Shown here piece by piece: positions 30,487 to 41,500 of a stretch of 64,000 nucleotides of DNA (position 1 is the first letter of the stretch; each line of letters begins with the position of its first letter). The DNA comes from Candidatus Dojkabacteria bacterium. Lineage in GTDB: Bacteria > Patescibacteriota > Dojkabacteria > J137. The stretch is taken from assembly GCA_030950485.1 (NCBI GenBank), contig JAUZRK010000005.1, positions 4,449 through 68,448 of the forward strand. Reading direction: 5' to 3'. The notes beneath the pieces were generated by a model. The model was given only the letters and a program-made list of their open reading frames with translations, did not search any database and was not told the origin of the DNA. Position numbers and translations under genes: made by a program.

Positions 30487-31773
30487 ATGGCCATATATCG
30501 AATAAATGGAGGGTTAAAATTAAGTGGTGAAGTTACTCCAACACCAAATAAGAACGAAGTTCTACCTGCTGTAGTCGCAGCACTTTTGACTGATGAACAA
30601 GTAACTTTACATAACGTACCAAAGACTAGTGATGTTAGGGGTATGTTAAAAATAATAAAAAAGCTTGGAGGAAAAGTATCTTATACTAATGGTGGAAATA
30701 CTGTAAAAGTAAATTCAAGTACTATACAAGATGGAGAACTGGACCTTGAGCTAACAAAAAAAATGAAAGCTGGAGTAATGTTTATGGCTCCATTACTTCT
30801 AAGATTTAAAAAAGCCTTCATGCCAATACCTGGAGGTTGTAAATTAGGAACTAGACCATTAGATGCATTTGTAAATGGAATGGAGATGCTTGGTGCTAGA
30901 TATGAACCTTCAGAAAAAGGATTTTTCTTACATGGTGATACACTAAAAGCAAACTCAATCTGGCCATGGTTTCCAAGCGTTACTGGAACAGAGAATTTAA
31001 TAATGCTTGCTACTGGAATTAAAGGTCGTATTGAAATTTTCAATGCCGCTGCAGAACCTCATGTACAGCAACTTTGTAAAATGTTGGTTTCAATGGGAGC
31101 GAATATTGAAGGAATAGGTTCAAATAAATTAATAATAGAAGGAGGTCATGAACTAAAGGGAACAGAGTGGACTATAGCCAGTGATCATTTGGATATAATA
31201 GAATATATTGCTAGTGCTGCTGTAACTGAAAGTGAATTAAGAATTAATAATGCTATACCAGAACATACAAGTCTTATTAGACAAGCGTTTGAGATAGTAG
31301 GAGTTAAAACGTTCTATGAAGGAACTACTTTAGTGGTTCCAGAAAAACAAAGTCTTAAAATAAAAAAGACTATTAAAGGCGATATTTACGATATTAAGGC
31401 TTTCTTTTGGCCGATGTTTCCGCCTGATGCTATTCACTCACTAATAGTTACAGCATTAAAATCAGAAGGAAAGATGATATTCCATAACTCATTTTACGAG
31501 TACGGTTTTTTCTTCGCAGAAGAGCTAGCTAAGATGAAAGGTAATGTAGTAATGGCAGATCCTCATAGATTAATTACATTTGGTCCTACAAATTTTAGAG
31601 CTGGACCAATAGATGCTCCTAATATAATTGCTGCAACCAAAGGCTTATTTGTCGCGGCTCTAGCAGCGCCAGGAGAAACTATTCTTCATGATAGAACTGA
31701 TCAATTAATGAGAAGATATCCAAACTTAGTCGATATTTACAATAGTGTTGGAGCTCAAATAGAGAAGATTTAG
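30487..31773 (+). CDS. murA: UDP-N-acetylglucosamine enolpyruvyl transferase family (divergent)
   Basis: KNEVLP, PGGCKLGTRP, SVTGTEN, NAAAEPHV, DPHR. Confidence 0.88.
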   Translation: MAIYRINGGLKLSGEVTPTPNKNEVLPAVVAALLTDEQVTLHNVPKTSDVRGMLKIIKKLGGKVSYTNGGNTVKVNSSTIQDGELDLELTKKMKAGVMFMAPLLLRFKKAFMPIPGGCKLGTRPLDAFVNGMEMLGARYEPSEKGFFLHGDTLKANSIWPWFPSVTGTENLIMLATGIKGRIEIFNAAAEPHVQQLCKMLVSMGANIEGIGSNKLIIEGGHELKGTEWTIASDHLDIIEYIASAAVTESELRINNAIPEHTSLIRQAFEIVGVKTFYEGTTLVVPEKQSLKIKKTIKGDIYDIKAFFWPMFPPDAIHSLIVTALKSEGKMIFHNSFYEYGFFFAEELAKMKGNVVMADPHRLITFGPTNFRAGPIDAPNIIAATKGLFVAALAAPGETILHDRTDQLMRRYPNLVDIYNSVGAQIEKI

Positions 31774-31815
31774 CACAAATAAACCTAGGTACTAATCTCT
31801 CATATCAACCTGCAG

Positions 31816-31853
31816 GTAGCTTAATATATTATGTATAATAAGCTACTTTTTTT
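31816..31853 (+). terminator. intrinsic terminator after murA
   Basis: GTAGCTTA...TAAGCTAC followed by T7. Confidence 0.7.
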
Positions 31854-32344
31854 AGATTCATTAACTATCTACTAATTCTTCTCACACTTATCCTTATGAA
31901 GATACTCAAACTATTATTATCTTCAAATAACTCTAGATTAAATCAAAAAAGTATATGTGCCAGTAGGAAGAAATGTTACGTAAGTCCGTACTATATATAA
32001 GCTATAAATAGAACTTTATACTACTTAAACTGTAGTGCCCATATTCTATTTTAAATGTAGCCATTCTGCTATAAAAGTACATTTAAAGGAGGATTCTACT
32101 TCTAATATAGGGTCCTACAACAACTCTTATGGAACAGATTTAACAAATATTGATCTCTTATTGTGCATAACTGGTAATGCAAATTGCTATATAAATGATC
32201 TTACTCTTAGCAAGGTTGATGTATTTATTTATACATAGTGCAAGAGTGCTGTATGTTACGCCTTTGGAGATACTATTTTTTTAGAGTAAATTCATCTTAT
32301 GAGACGTTTTACAAAATAAATCGTATATATCAGGTTCAGTTTAT

Positions 32345-32393
32345 TCACTTTTGTGATTTAAAAAATGTGCTTCTAAGAAGATCACAAAAGTGA
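32345..32393. repeat. 13-bp perfect inverted repeat upstream of mutL
   Basis: TCACTTTTGTGAT-N23-ATCACAAAAGTGA. Confidence 0.8.
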
Positions 32394-32434
32394 TAACCTA
32401 TACTTAAGTAACATTAAATTCTAAAAAGCTAAAA

Positions 32435-34267
32435 GTGAGTAAAATAAATAAGTTAGAAAAAGAAATAATAAATAAAATTGCAGCAGGAGAAGTTGTAGAA
32501 CGACCTGCATCTGTAATAAAAGAGCTTATTGAAAATTCAATTGACGCTAAGGCTTCAAAAATAATTATAAATATAGAGAACAATGGAGAAGATCTAATAG
32601 AGATAGTAGACAATGGAAAAGGAATGAACCGTGAAGATGCTATTAAATCAGTAGAACTACACGCAACTTCAAAGATAACAAACGAGAAAGATCTAAGCTA
32701 TATTTCAAGCCATGGGTTCAGAGGCGAGGCATTAGCCAGCATCAGTTCTGTCTCAGAAGAATTCACAATAGATACAAAAACAGCTGGATATGAAGCAGTG
32801 ACAGTCTATCTCCGAAACGAAGAGCTAAGAGCCGATATTTCAAACAAAACTATAGAGGGTACTACAATAAGTATTAGAAATTTATTTGGCAATGTACCAG
32901 CAAGAAAGAAGTTCCTTAAAGCAAGTAAAACCGAGATGAAGCAGATTATTAATTCTTTTTTACAAACTTCACTTCCTTATATTAAAGTTCACTTTGAACT
33001 TTTTCATGATGGGAATTTAATTCATAGATTAACAAAAACGGAGAGTATAGAAAATAGATTATTTGATGCATTCGGTAAGAATTTCTTAAATACCTTGTTT
33101 ATAACAAATGAATCTACAGATTCAGATTTAAAAACAAGGTGCTTAATTTCAAAACCTGAAAGTGCTCCAAAGAAGGCAACTATTCAATATATTTATCTTA
33201 ACAATAGGTTCATAGGCAGCAAGACGATTAACGCTGCAGTAAGTCAAGCATTTACTGGTTTTATTCACAGAGATCTAAGGCCAAACTTCATAATATTTAT
33301 AAAAATAGATCCTAGTAAGATAGATATAAATGTTCATCCTAGAAAATTGGAAGTTAAATTTGAAGATGAATCGCTAGTATTTAAAAGGATATATTCGCAT
33401 GTGCGTTCTATTTTAGAGAAAGAAACAAAAAGAATTATTAAGGATAAGATAGAAGATAGTAATGAATTAAATTTAAGTAAATATAAAAATATTTCAGAAC
33501 CAAGAAAAGACTTCTCAGTTAAAGAGAGTAGCAGAAGTTATAGCCCTACGAGTCAATCAAATAACTACATTAACGAAAGTAAAGATAAAATAGTAAAGCA
33601 ATCAATGAGCTTTTCAAAGCTACTTCTAGATGAATCAATCTCAAATACAGAGGCTAGCTTAGATCAAAAAATATCGAATTATAATCCAAAACAAATCTTC
33701 AATACTTATATATTAATAGAGAAGGACAACGATGCTGTCTTTATAGATCAACACGCCGCTAGCGAAAAGATATATTTCGAGAAACTAATCGCACAATATA
33801 AAACAAAAAATATTAAATCAAAATCTCTTCTAGTTCCAGAAATTGTAGAGTTTAATAATACAAATTCAAAGAATATAATATTAGAGAGTAGAGAAGAGCT
33901 CGCAAAACTTGGTGTAGTAATTGAAAATCTTGATTCTAAATCAATACAGGTAACAGAAGTTCCAGAGATATTTAAAAAAATGGATCTATCAGATACTTTT
34001 AAAGAAATTTTAGAAGAGGATCAAGATATAGTAGCCACTTTTGAATCTGGAAACCTTGATATCAGTAAAAGTATTTATCTTAAACTAGCTACAATTTCAT
34101 GCCATGGATCAATTAGAGCAGGGCAGATATTAAATACTGAAGAAATGAATAGTTTAATAAATGAGTTACTAACGCTAGATAATCCATATAACTGCCCTCA
34201 TGGACGACCTACCATTTGGAGTATCAGTAAAACACAGCTAGAATCTAATTTTAAACGAGATATGTAA
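32435..34267 (+). CDS. mutL: DNA mismatch repair endonuclease MutL
   Basis: IAAGEVVERP, GFRGEALASI, DQHAASEKIYFE, CPHGRP. Confidence 0.97.
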   Translation: MSKINKLEKEIINKIAAGEVVERPASVIKELIENSIDAKASKIIINIENNGEDLIEIVDNGKGMNREDAIKSVELHATSKITNEKDLSYISSHGFRGEALASISSVSEEFTIDTKTAGYEAVTVYLRNEELRADISNKTIEGTTISIRNLFGNVPARKKFLKASKTEMKQIINSFLQTSLPYIKVHFELFHDGNLIHRLTKTESIENRLFDAFGKNFLNTLFITNESTDSDLKTRCLISKPESAPKKATIQYIYLNNRFIGSKTINAAVSQAFTGFIHRDLRPNFIIFIKIDPSKIDINVHPRKLEVKFEDESLVFKRIYSHVRSILEKETKRIIKDKIEDSNELNLSKYKNISEPRKDFSVKESSRSYSPTSQSNNYINESKDKIVKQSMSFSKLLLDESISNTEASLDQKISNYNPKQIFNTYILIEKDNDAVFIDQHAASEKIYFEKLIAQYKTKNIKSKSLLVPEIVEFNNTNSKNIILESREELAKLGVVIENLDSKSIQVTEVPEIFKKMDLSDTFKEILEEDQDIVATFESGNLDISKSIYLKLATISCHGSIRAGQILNTEEMNSLINELLTLDNPYNCPHGRPTIWSISKTQLESNFKRDM

Positions 34268-34728
34268 TGATAAAAATATTAATCCCAATATTAGCTCTAA
34301 CAATAGCAATTGCAATCCCAGTTCTCAGTAAGGATAATATAACCCAATACAAAGATGGCAATTTTATTAATGTGAGCTTTGAACAAAAAGAAACTCCAAA
34401 ACTGACTCTAGAAATAGCCCTATCACCTAATAAAAGGCAAGAAGGTCTTATGTATAGAAAAGAGCTTGATAAGAACAGCGGTATGATTTTTATATTTGAA
34501 AAAGATCAACCACTAACATTCTGGATGAAAAATACTCTATTATCTTTAGATATAATGTACATTAATAGTGAATACGAAATTGTTAAGATTTATTCATCTA
34601 CAAAAACCAATCAAACGTCAGAATTATATCCTTCTATAGTCCTATCTATGTATGTTATTGAAGTTAATTCTGGCTGGGCAGAAGATAATAAGATTGAAGT
34701 TGGAGATATTATAAATATTAGTAGATAG
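34267..34728 (+). CDS. DUF192 domain protein
   Basis: GLMYR...GMIFIF...FWMKNT.LSLD...YVIEVNSG. Confidence 0.92.
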   Translation: MIKILIPILALTIAIAIPVLSKDNITQYKDGNFINVSFEQKETPKLTLEIALSPNKRQEGLMYRKELDKNSGMIFIFEKDQPLTFWMKNTLLSLDIMYINSEYEIVKIYSSTKTNQTSELYPSIVLSMYVIEVNSGWAEDNKIEVGDIINISR

Positions 34729-34864
34729 CCTACCTTATTATATTTCAGGGCTATACAAGAAAATTATTGATGTTAGATTTAAATCAGTTAGTTAAGCAGA
34801 GTTATACAATATTTGCTAATTAGCAACTTATAATTTAAAATTAGGAAGTTAAATTAAACAATAA

Positions 34865-35464
34865 ATGAGTTATTTAATCCCAACTGTAATAGAGAATACT
34901 AGATTAGGAGAAAGAGCATACGATATATATTCCAGACTTCTTAAAGAGAGGATAATATTTATAGGTACTGCAATAGATGCAGGAGTAGCAAACGCAGTAA
35001 TTGCCCAGTTGTTATTCTTAGAAAAAGAAAATGCTAATAAAGACATAGTCATATATGTTAACTCACCAGGAGGCGTAGTAACTGCAGGATTAGCAATTTA
35101 TGACACTATGCAATATGTAAAGCCAGATATAACTACAATTTGTGTAGGTATAGCAGCATCTATGGGATCTATATTATTAACTGGTGGAGCAAAAGGTAAA
35201 AGATTTGCTTTAGCAAATAGTGAGGTTATGATTCACCAACCAATGGGAGGGACTGAAGGTCAAGCAAGTGATATAAAGATACATGCAGACCATATTATCA
35301 AGACAAGAGATAGGTTAAATAGAATCCTAGCTAACCATACAGGACAGAAGATTAGTACAATAGAGAATGATGTAGAGAGAGATAAGTACTTAAGTTCCGA
35401 AGAAGCCTTAGAGTATGGGCTAATAGATAAAATAATTAGCAAGAACCCTTTAAGTGCAAAATAG
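34865..35464 (+). CDS. clpP: Clp protease proteolytic subunit
   Basis: DIYSRLL, NSPGG, AASMGS, MIHQP. Confidence 0.98.
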   Translation: MSYLIPTVIENTRLGERAYDIYSRLLKERIIFIGTAIDAGVANAVIAQLLFLEKENANKDIVIYVNSPGGVVTAGLAIYDTMQYVKPDITTICVGIAASMGSILLTGGAKGKRFALANSEVMIHQPMGGTEGQASDIKIHADHIIKTRDRLNRILANHTGQKISTIENDVERDKYLSSEEALEYGLIDKIISKNPLSAK

Positions 35465-35491
35465 ATATTTTAGCTAAGTTAATTAGAAAAA

Positions 35492-35568
35492 GGGCACCTA
35501 GCTCATCTGGCTAGAGCACTCCGTTGACGTCGGAGAGGTGACAGGTTCGAATCCTGTGGTGCCCACCA
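35492..35568 (+). tRNA. tRNA-Val(GAC)
   Basis: GGGCACC/GGTGCCC-A-CCA, anticodon arm CTCCG-TTGACGT-CGGAG. Confidence 0.97.
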
Positions 35569-35589
35569 ATAAGTTATTATTTATTAAAT

Positions 35590-37146
35590 ATGAGCATAAT
35601 TAATGCTACTGATGAAGAAAAACACTCTGCAGCTCACGTTTTAGCTACTGCAGTGTCAAGAGTATTTCAAAATGTAAAGGTAGGTATAGGTCCTGTAACT
35701 AAAGATGGGTTTTATTATGACTTCAAATTCGATAGAACATTAACAAAGGAAGACATAGAGAAAATAGAGGATATTGCTAATGAAATAATCAATGAAGATT
35801 TAGAATTCAAACAGATTTTTCTTTCTAGAGACGAAGCAGGTGACTTATTATTGAGACTAGGTCAGATTTTTAAATCTGAATTAATAAAATCTATTCCCGA
35901 TGAGGAAATAAGCTTCTATAAGGTTGGAGATGAATTCATAGATCTATGTAGAGGACCACATATAGCAAAGACTTCAGAGTTAGGTTACATCAAAATATCA
36001 AATCTTGAAAAAGTTCATTGGAAGAATGATAATTCTAGACCAGAAATGATAAGAATTCATGGGCTAGTATTCAAGAACAAAAGCGAGTTCAGTGAATTCG
36101 TGAAACAGCGACAGGAGAAAGAAAATAGAAGTTTTACAAATATAATTAAAAGTTCTGGACTTGGTTTAATTGAAGATACAAGCATACTTTTAATGCCACC
36201 AGCAGTGAGAGCATTAAAAAATATAGAAAATCTTTTTATGAAGAATTTTTACAAGTATTCTCCTAAGAATTTTCAAATAATAGATCAAGAAGTAGGGATT
36301 AATAGTCACTCAGAAAAGCTTATAGATCTTCTAAAAGCAAACCCGATAAGTTATAAGTCGTTGCCATTAACTTATGTACATAAACATGTCTCAAAAAAAG
36401 AGCTGAATGGTAAATCTCTAAAAACAGAAGAAAGCAGAATTGATGTTTTGACAAAGAAAACTAATGTACTGAATTTATTAATCGGCATAACAGACAACTT
36501 TATAGACACTATTAAGGAGCTGTCAGAGAATGTGATTGTTAAGGTTTACTCATCAAATTTAGATGATCTGAAATTAAATACACTTTCAAACTATTTACAA
36601 AAGAATGTAATCTCCCATGAAAAAATACTTTCAAAAGAGATAGAAGATGGAATGGTTAAGATCGAGTTCTTTATAAAAAATAGTTTAAATGAAGTTTCAC
36701 TTTTTGGGTCATTCTTTAATGATGAACTAGATAGCCTTACTTATACTGACGAATTAAATACAAAAGTTACAATGAGTAGAGTAGTCATCAATTTTAATCC
36801 TCTAATAATTTTTAGTTCATTAGTTCAAGATAAAGGAATTGCCCTTCCAAGCAAGGTACATCCTTACCAAATAAGGATAATCCCTATTTCAAATTATAAT
36901 CAAGAATATGCTGCAGATGTTAGAGCAGAACTTAGACTTGCAGGATTAGATAGTGATGTAGACAAAAGATCAAGAAGTATCAATTGGAAGATAAGAGATG
37001 CTATAGTGAAAGGGATTCCATTTATTGTAGTTGTAGGAAATAAAGAAAATGCAAATAAAGCAATATCTTTAAGAAAAAATAAATTGGAAGTTGGTTTACT
37101 TTCTATAAGTGAAGCAATTGAAAATATTAAAGAATCATTGGCTTGA
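35590..37146 (+). CDS. threonyl-tRNA synthetase-like protein with intact editing and anticodon domains and degenerate catalytic core
   Basis: HSAAH, GFYYDF, DLCRGPH; C-terminal KIRDA/VVGNKE; no KPMNCP, motif 2 or motif 3. Confidence 0.85.
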   Translation: MSIINATDEEKHSAAHVLATAVSRVFQNVKVGIGPVTKDGFYYDFKFDRTLTKEDIEKIEDIANEIINEDLEFKQIFLSRDEAGDLLLRLGQIFKSELIKSIPDEEISFYKVGDEFIDLCRGPHIAKTSELGYIKISNLEKVHWKNDNSRPEMIRIHGLVFKNKSEFSEFVKQRQEKENRSFTNIIKSSGLGLIEDTSILLMPPAVRALKNIENLFMKNFYKYSPKNFQIIDQEVGINSHSEKLIDLLKANPISYKSLPLTYVHKHVSKKELNGKSLKTEESRIDVLTKKTNVLNLLIGITDNFIDTIKELSENVIVKVYSSNLDDLKLNTLSNYLQKNVISHEKILSKEIEDGMVKIEFFIKNSLNEVSLFGSFFNDELDSLTYTDELNTKVTMSRVVINFNPLIIFSSLVQDKGIALPSKVHPYQIRIIPISNYNQEYAADVRAELRLAGLDSDVDKRSRSINWKIRDAIVKGIPFIVVVGNKENANKAISLRKNKLEVGLLSISEAIENIKESLA

Positions 37147-37219
37147 AGTTGAGATATTAGTAAAAATTTGCTAATATTTTGTTCAGCAAAGTAATTTTAT
37201 ATCATTAAAAATAAATACA

Positions 37220-37801
37220 ATTAGAAGATCAAGAAAAACAACTAAAAGTAATAAAGGTTTAAAGCTTAATTTCGATAGAAACGAGCGAATTAGAGCAGTA
37301 CAAGTAAGACTTATTGACGATGCAGACGAAAATATTGGAGTACTTAAAACAAGTGAAGCACTTGCAATGGCTAAAGAGAGAGAGTTAGATTTAGTATTAA
37401 TATCTCCAAAAGAAGATATTCCAGTAGCAAAAATAATTGATTGGTCAAAATTTAAGTATATTCAAAGCAAGAAATTTAAAAATTCTGCTAAAGGAAATAC
37501 AAAATCAAAAGAATGGTGGTTTAAGCCAAAGATAGAAGCTTTTGATATTAAAATAAAATTAAACAAAATTAAGAAGTTTTTAAGTAAAGGTGGTGTTGCA
37601 AAAATTACTGTAAGATCACAAAGAAGAGTGCATAAATCGGAAATGTATAGTACAATGGACAAGGTTCTTGAATATGGTGAGGAATTTTTCGAAAAGCTAG
37701 GTGATGTATCTAGCGAAGGTAGAAATTTAAGCGTATTAGTTAAATTAAAATCTAACAGCAAGAATGAAGAAACAGAAAAAAATCAAACTAAAGACTCATA
37801 A
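37220..37801 (+). CDS. infC: translation initiation factor IF-3 (probable ATT start)
   Basis: NERIRAVQVRLID lies in frame upstream of ATG 37367; no ATG/GTG/TTG before the upstream stop; LDLV...PVAKIIDW. Confidence 0.92.
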   Translation: MRRSRKTTKSNKGLKLNFDRNERIRAVQVRLIDDADENIGVLKTSEALAMAKERELDLVLISPKEDIPVAKIIDWSKFKYIQSKKFKNSAKGNTKSKEWWFKPKIEAFDIKIKLNKIKKFLSKGGVAKITVRSQRRVHKSEMYSTMDKVLEYGEEFFEKLGDVSSEGRNLSVLVKLKSNSKNEETEKNQTKDS

Positions 37802-37973
37802 AGGTCTTTCAAAAAGATTCAAAGTTACAGCAACTGGAAAAGTAACTAGAAATGCAAAAAGAATGAGAAAATATGGTTATACTCATTCAAAATCTAGTAA
37901 AAATACAGATAAGAAATCTTTACAATTAGCAAAACCTGAAGCTAAAAAAATTAAAAAATTATTAGGTAAATAA
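37764..37973 (+). CDS. rpmI: 50S ribosomal protein L35
   Basis: KLKTHKG.SKRFKVTATGK; position after infC. Confidence 0.93.
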   Translation: MKKQKKIKLKTHKGLSKRFKVTATGKVTRNAKRMRKYGYTHSKSSKNTDKKSLQLAKPEAKKIKKLLGK

Positions 37974-37975
37974 TT

Positions 37976-38317
37976 ATGAGAATCAAAAGAGGTGTATCTA
38001 AAAATAGAAGGCATAAAAAAGTTCTAAAAGCCGCAAAAGGATATAGAATGACATATTCTAAGCTTTATAGAAGAGCTACTGAAGCTTTACTACATGCCGG
38101 TCAATACAGTTATGCTCATAGAAAAAGAAGAAAGAGTCAAAAAAGAACTGAGTGGATAAAAGTAATATCTGCAGCTCTAACTAAAACAGATATGAGTTAC
38201 AGCCAATTCATTTCAACTATGAAAAAAAGTAATGTTGAACTAGATAGAAAAAGCTTAGCTGAAATGATTGTAAATAAACCTGCTCACTTTGAAGCTTTAA
38301 TAAGTGAATTAAAGTAG
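37976..38317 (+). CDS. rplT: 50S ribosomal protein L20
   Basis: MRIKRG, AKGY, WI..ISAA, LDRKSLAE. Confidence 0.97.
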   Translation: MRIKRGVSKNRRHKKVLKAAKGYRMTYSKLYRRATEALLHAGQYSYAHRKRRKSQKRTEWIKVISAALTKTDMSYSQFISTMKKSNVELDRKSLAEMIVNKPAHFEALISELK

Positions 38318-38334
38318 TAAAAAAATAAAATATT

Positions 38335-38370
38335 AAAAAGACTTCTTAATAATTAAGAAGTCTTTTTTTT
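38335..38370. terminator. intrinsic terminator
   Basis: AAAAAGACTTCTTAAT-A-ATTAAGAAGTCTTTTTTTT. Confidence 0.9.
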
Positions 38371-38510
38371 GTCTATTTTTTATATTTACTTTTTTATATA
38401 TACCACTATATTAAATTTGTTCTGAAACAAAATAAAGAGAGAAGTAATATAAACCTTTTATTTAGGAATTATATATCTGCTTCTCTCTCTAAATATGCTT
38501 TTAAACGCTC

Positions 38511-41500
38511 TTAATTAGGGCTTACAGCCACTTGTTGACTCACAGCTGATCTTATCCTACTTCCATCTGAAGTAGTAGCTTCTACATAAAATGAATACGA
38601 TTTGCTCTCGTTAGGAATGTTACCTCCCCATGATAATTCAAAACCACCAACAACTGGATTCATAGTTCCTACTAGTTCAGTTGTAGAACTATTAACTAGC
38701 TGATATAACTGAACATTACTTATACTTCCATTACCAGTGTAATTAATACTAATACCTTTAACTATCCCATTTCCAATGTCACTTCCAAATTGAAGATTTG
38801 ATTGGGGGAATGTAACAAAACCTATATTTTGACTTTCCACATCTCCAACTACAACTGAAACACTGTGAGTATATTCTTCTCCATTAGATAAAGTAGCGAT
38901 AGCAGTAACTCGATAAATGCCATCTGTAATGCCCAAAGAGTTTATATTATAAGATTCATTAATTTTTTGGAAATTTTCATCTACTTTTCCTAGGTATCTA
39001 TCACCTAAGTAAAATTCAACTTCATCTAATAAACCGCTAAGTAAAGTCACATCACCTCTAATACTTAAGCTATTATCTATTCTTTGTCCCTCTCTTGGTG
39101 TACTAAATGAGAAGAAAGGAGTCGATATACCATTAGATCTCTCAATATTACATTCTTCAGTTGGCTTTCCATTTGATATCCCTTTATTTTTAAGATATTT
39201 ATCTAAGTAACCTTGCCATCTTTCAACAGGCATTTTGTACTTTTTAAATGTCTTTTCTATAGAATTACCTGTTTCAATATCCACTTCTCTTGCTAATTTA
39301 TCTTCTTGATCCTTACAAACCTTAGCTACCTCAGTAGTAATATAACTTGGTGGTGTTTTTCCTTGAATCATCCAATCCGATTGTAATCCAACACAGTCAT
39401 CTTCATTACACCCTCCTGCCTTAACTAAAAGAGCTGGAAGTTTAAATGTAGGATCCTTACCTTCATAGTAAGGCTGAGAAGAGATATCCCTAATGTATGA
39501 AGATAACCAAGGTTGAACTACATAGTAAGGATAACCATAAGTTTGATCTAAAGGATCATTATTATTGTTACCTGCCCAAGCTAATGTTACTTGATTACTG
39601 TTCCAAGCTAATTGTGTTGATTCAGTATTGTTTTCTGTAGTTCCAGTTTTAGAAGCTAGAAACACACCAGATTGAGCTGCAATACTTTGTAAATCGTATA
39701 AAACATCATTTATCATATAAACAGCCTGTGGACTAAATACTTCTTGTTCTTCAACAGTCGCATCATATATTACATTTCCATCAGCGTCTAAAATTCTTAA
39801 AATAGGATTCAAAGGTACATATTTACCCTCATTAGCATAAGCACCAAAAGCGGCAACGTGTTCAGTATATTTAACAGATGCTCCACCTAATATAACAGAA
39901 GGTCCAATCTGAGCCCGATCTATAGTTGTATAACCCATTTTCACTGCTTGATTATAATAATTATCAATACCTACGAGTTCTACAACTTCTAATGCAGTAA
40001 TATTTCTCGACTCTCTAAGTGCAGTTCTTACTGTTAACTCGTGTCCTAAATAAGAGCTATCCCAGTTTTTTGGATAATAAAATAATTCTGGATATTCAAT
40101 AGGAATATCCGGGATATTACTTCCTCCAAATAGAAGGCCTTTTTCAAAAGCTAGAGTATATCCTAGAACTTTTGCTGTAGATCCTGGCTCATTTAAAGAT
40201 GTTAATACATTTACTTGTGGATCATACTTACATTCTAATCCATATTCATTACAACCAGTACTTTCTCCAGAGTATGATTTAGATCCAGCCATAGTTATTA
40301 TTTGTCCATTATTAGGGTCTATAGTCATTAATGCCGCATTATTTACATTCCAATAACTATATTCATCACCAGCTTGAGCAACATATTGTTCAGCAATTTC
40401 TTGCTGTTTGTAATCTAGAGTAGTTATAATTTGATAACCTCCTTGCTGAAGTTCTGGCAATGTAAATGGTTCTTCTCCATTTTTATAGTTATTTGTTAAT
40501 AGTGCCTCAACTACATAATCTACGAAGTGTCCAGCTAATTTATCAGTAGCGATTGGTGGAGCATATACAATATTCTCAGTCTCAACTCTAGCTTCTCTAA
40601 CCATATCTTTCGTAAAGATATCATCGGCATTCTTATCATCTATATTTTCTCTATATTTATCATTAATATAGTCTAAATTATCCTCTATTTCGTCTAAGAT
40701 ATACCCTTGTCTTTCTTTTACTGCTGCTTGTGAAGCAACGATATCTCCATCAACTGGTTGTGTAGGAGAGAGATAAGATGGGTCCTGAATAATAGACGCT
40801 AGAATAGTAGCTTGTACCAAACTTAAATCTTTTGGATCTACACCGAAATAAAATTCAGATGCTGTTTGTAAACCTACAATATTAGAACCAAATGGAACAA
40901 CAGAAAGATACATTTGTAGGATTTCATCTTTACTTCTTTCATCTTCAATTAAAGAAGCCATGATCCATTCTTTTATTTTTCTTTCATACTTATTCTGTTC
41001 ATCACTAAATATAGTAATCTTTAAGAATTGTTGTGTAATAGTACTAGCACCACAGCCAGAACCACCACTACTTAAATTTTTATAACCACAATAAAAGATT
41101 CCTTTTACATCCACACCATCATGATCATAGAATTCTCTATCTTCAGCAGCTAAAAATGCCCATCTAACAGTATGAGGTATTCCGTCAATTTCAATTTTAT
41201 CGCTATTAAATTCATTAAATAGTTTATAAAGCTCTGTTCCCTTATGAACATTATCAAATGAAGCTCTATCATATATTTTACTTGCAACAGGCACGTCTTT
41301 AAATGGTTCATCTGGAGAAGGTAATTCATCAGATAGATCTTGGATCCATCTAAATAAAACAACACCTCCAACTACGCCAGCTACAAACATAAATCCTAAA
41401 AACACTAAACCTACCTTAGCCAATACTTTAAAAATCTTCTTTCTTTTCTTGTTTGTAAAAAAGTTTTTTCCTGTAGATCTAGAAATACCTTTCAACTTCT

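Noticed and set aside
32035-32238. 67-aa ORF in the murA-mutL gap
   Set aside because: GTG start, atypical composition, no recognisable motif.
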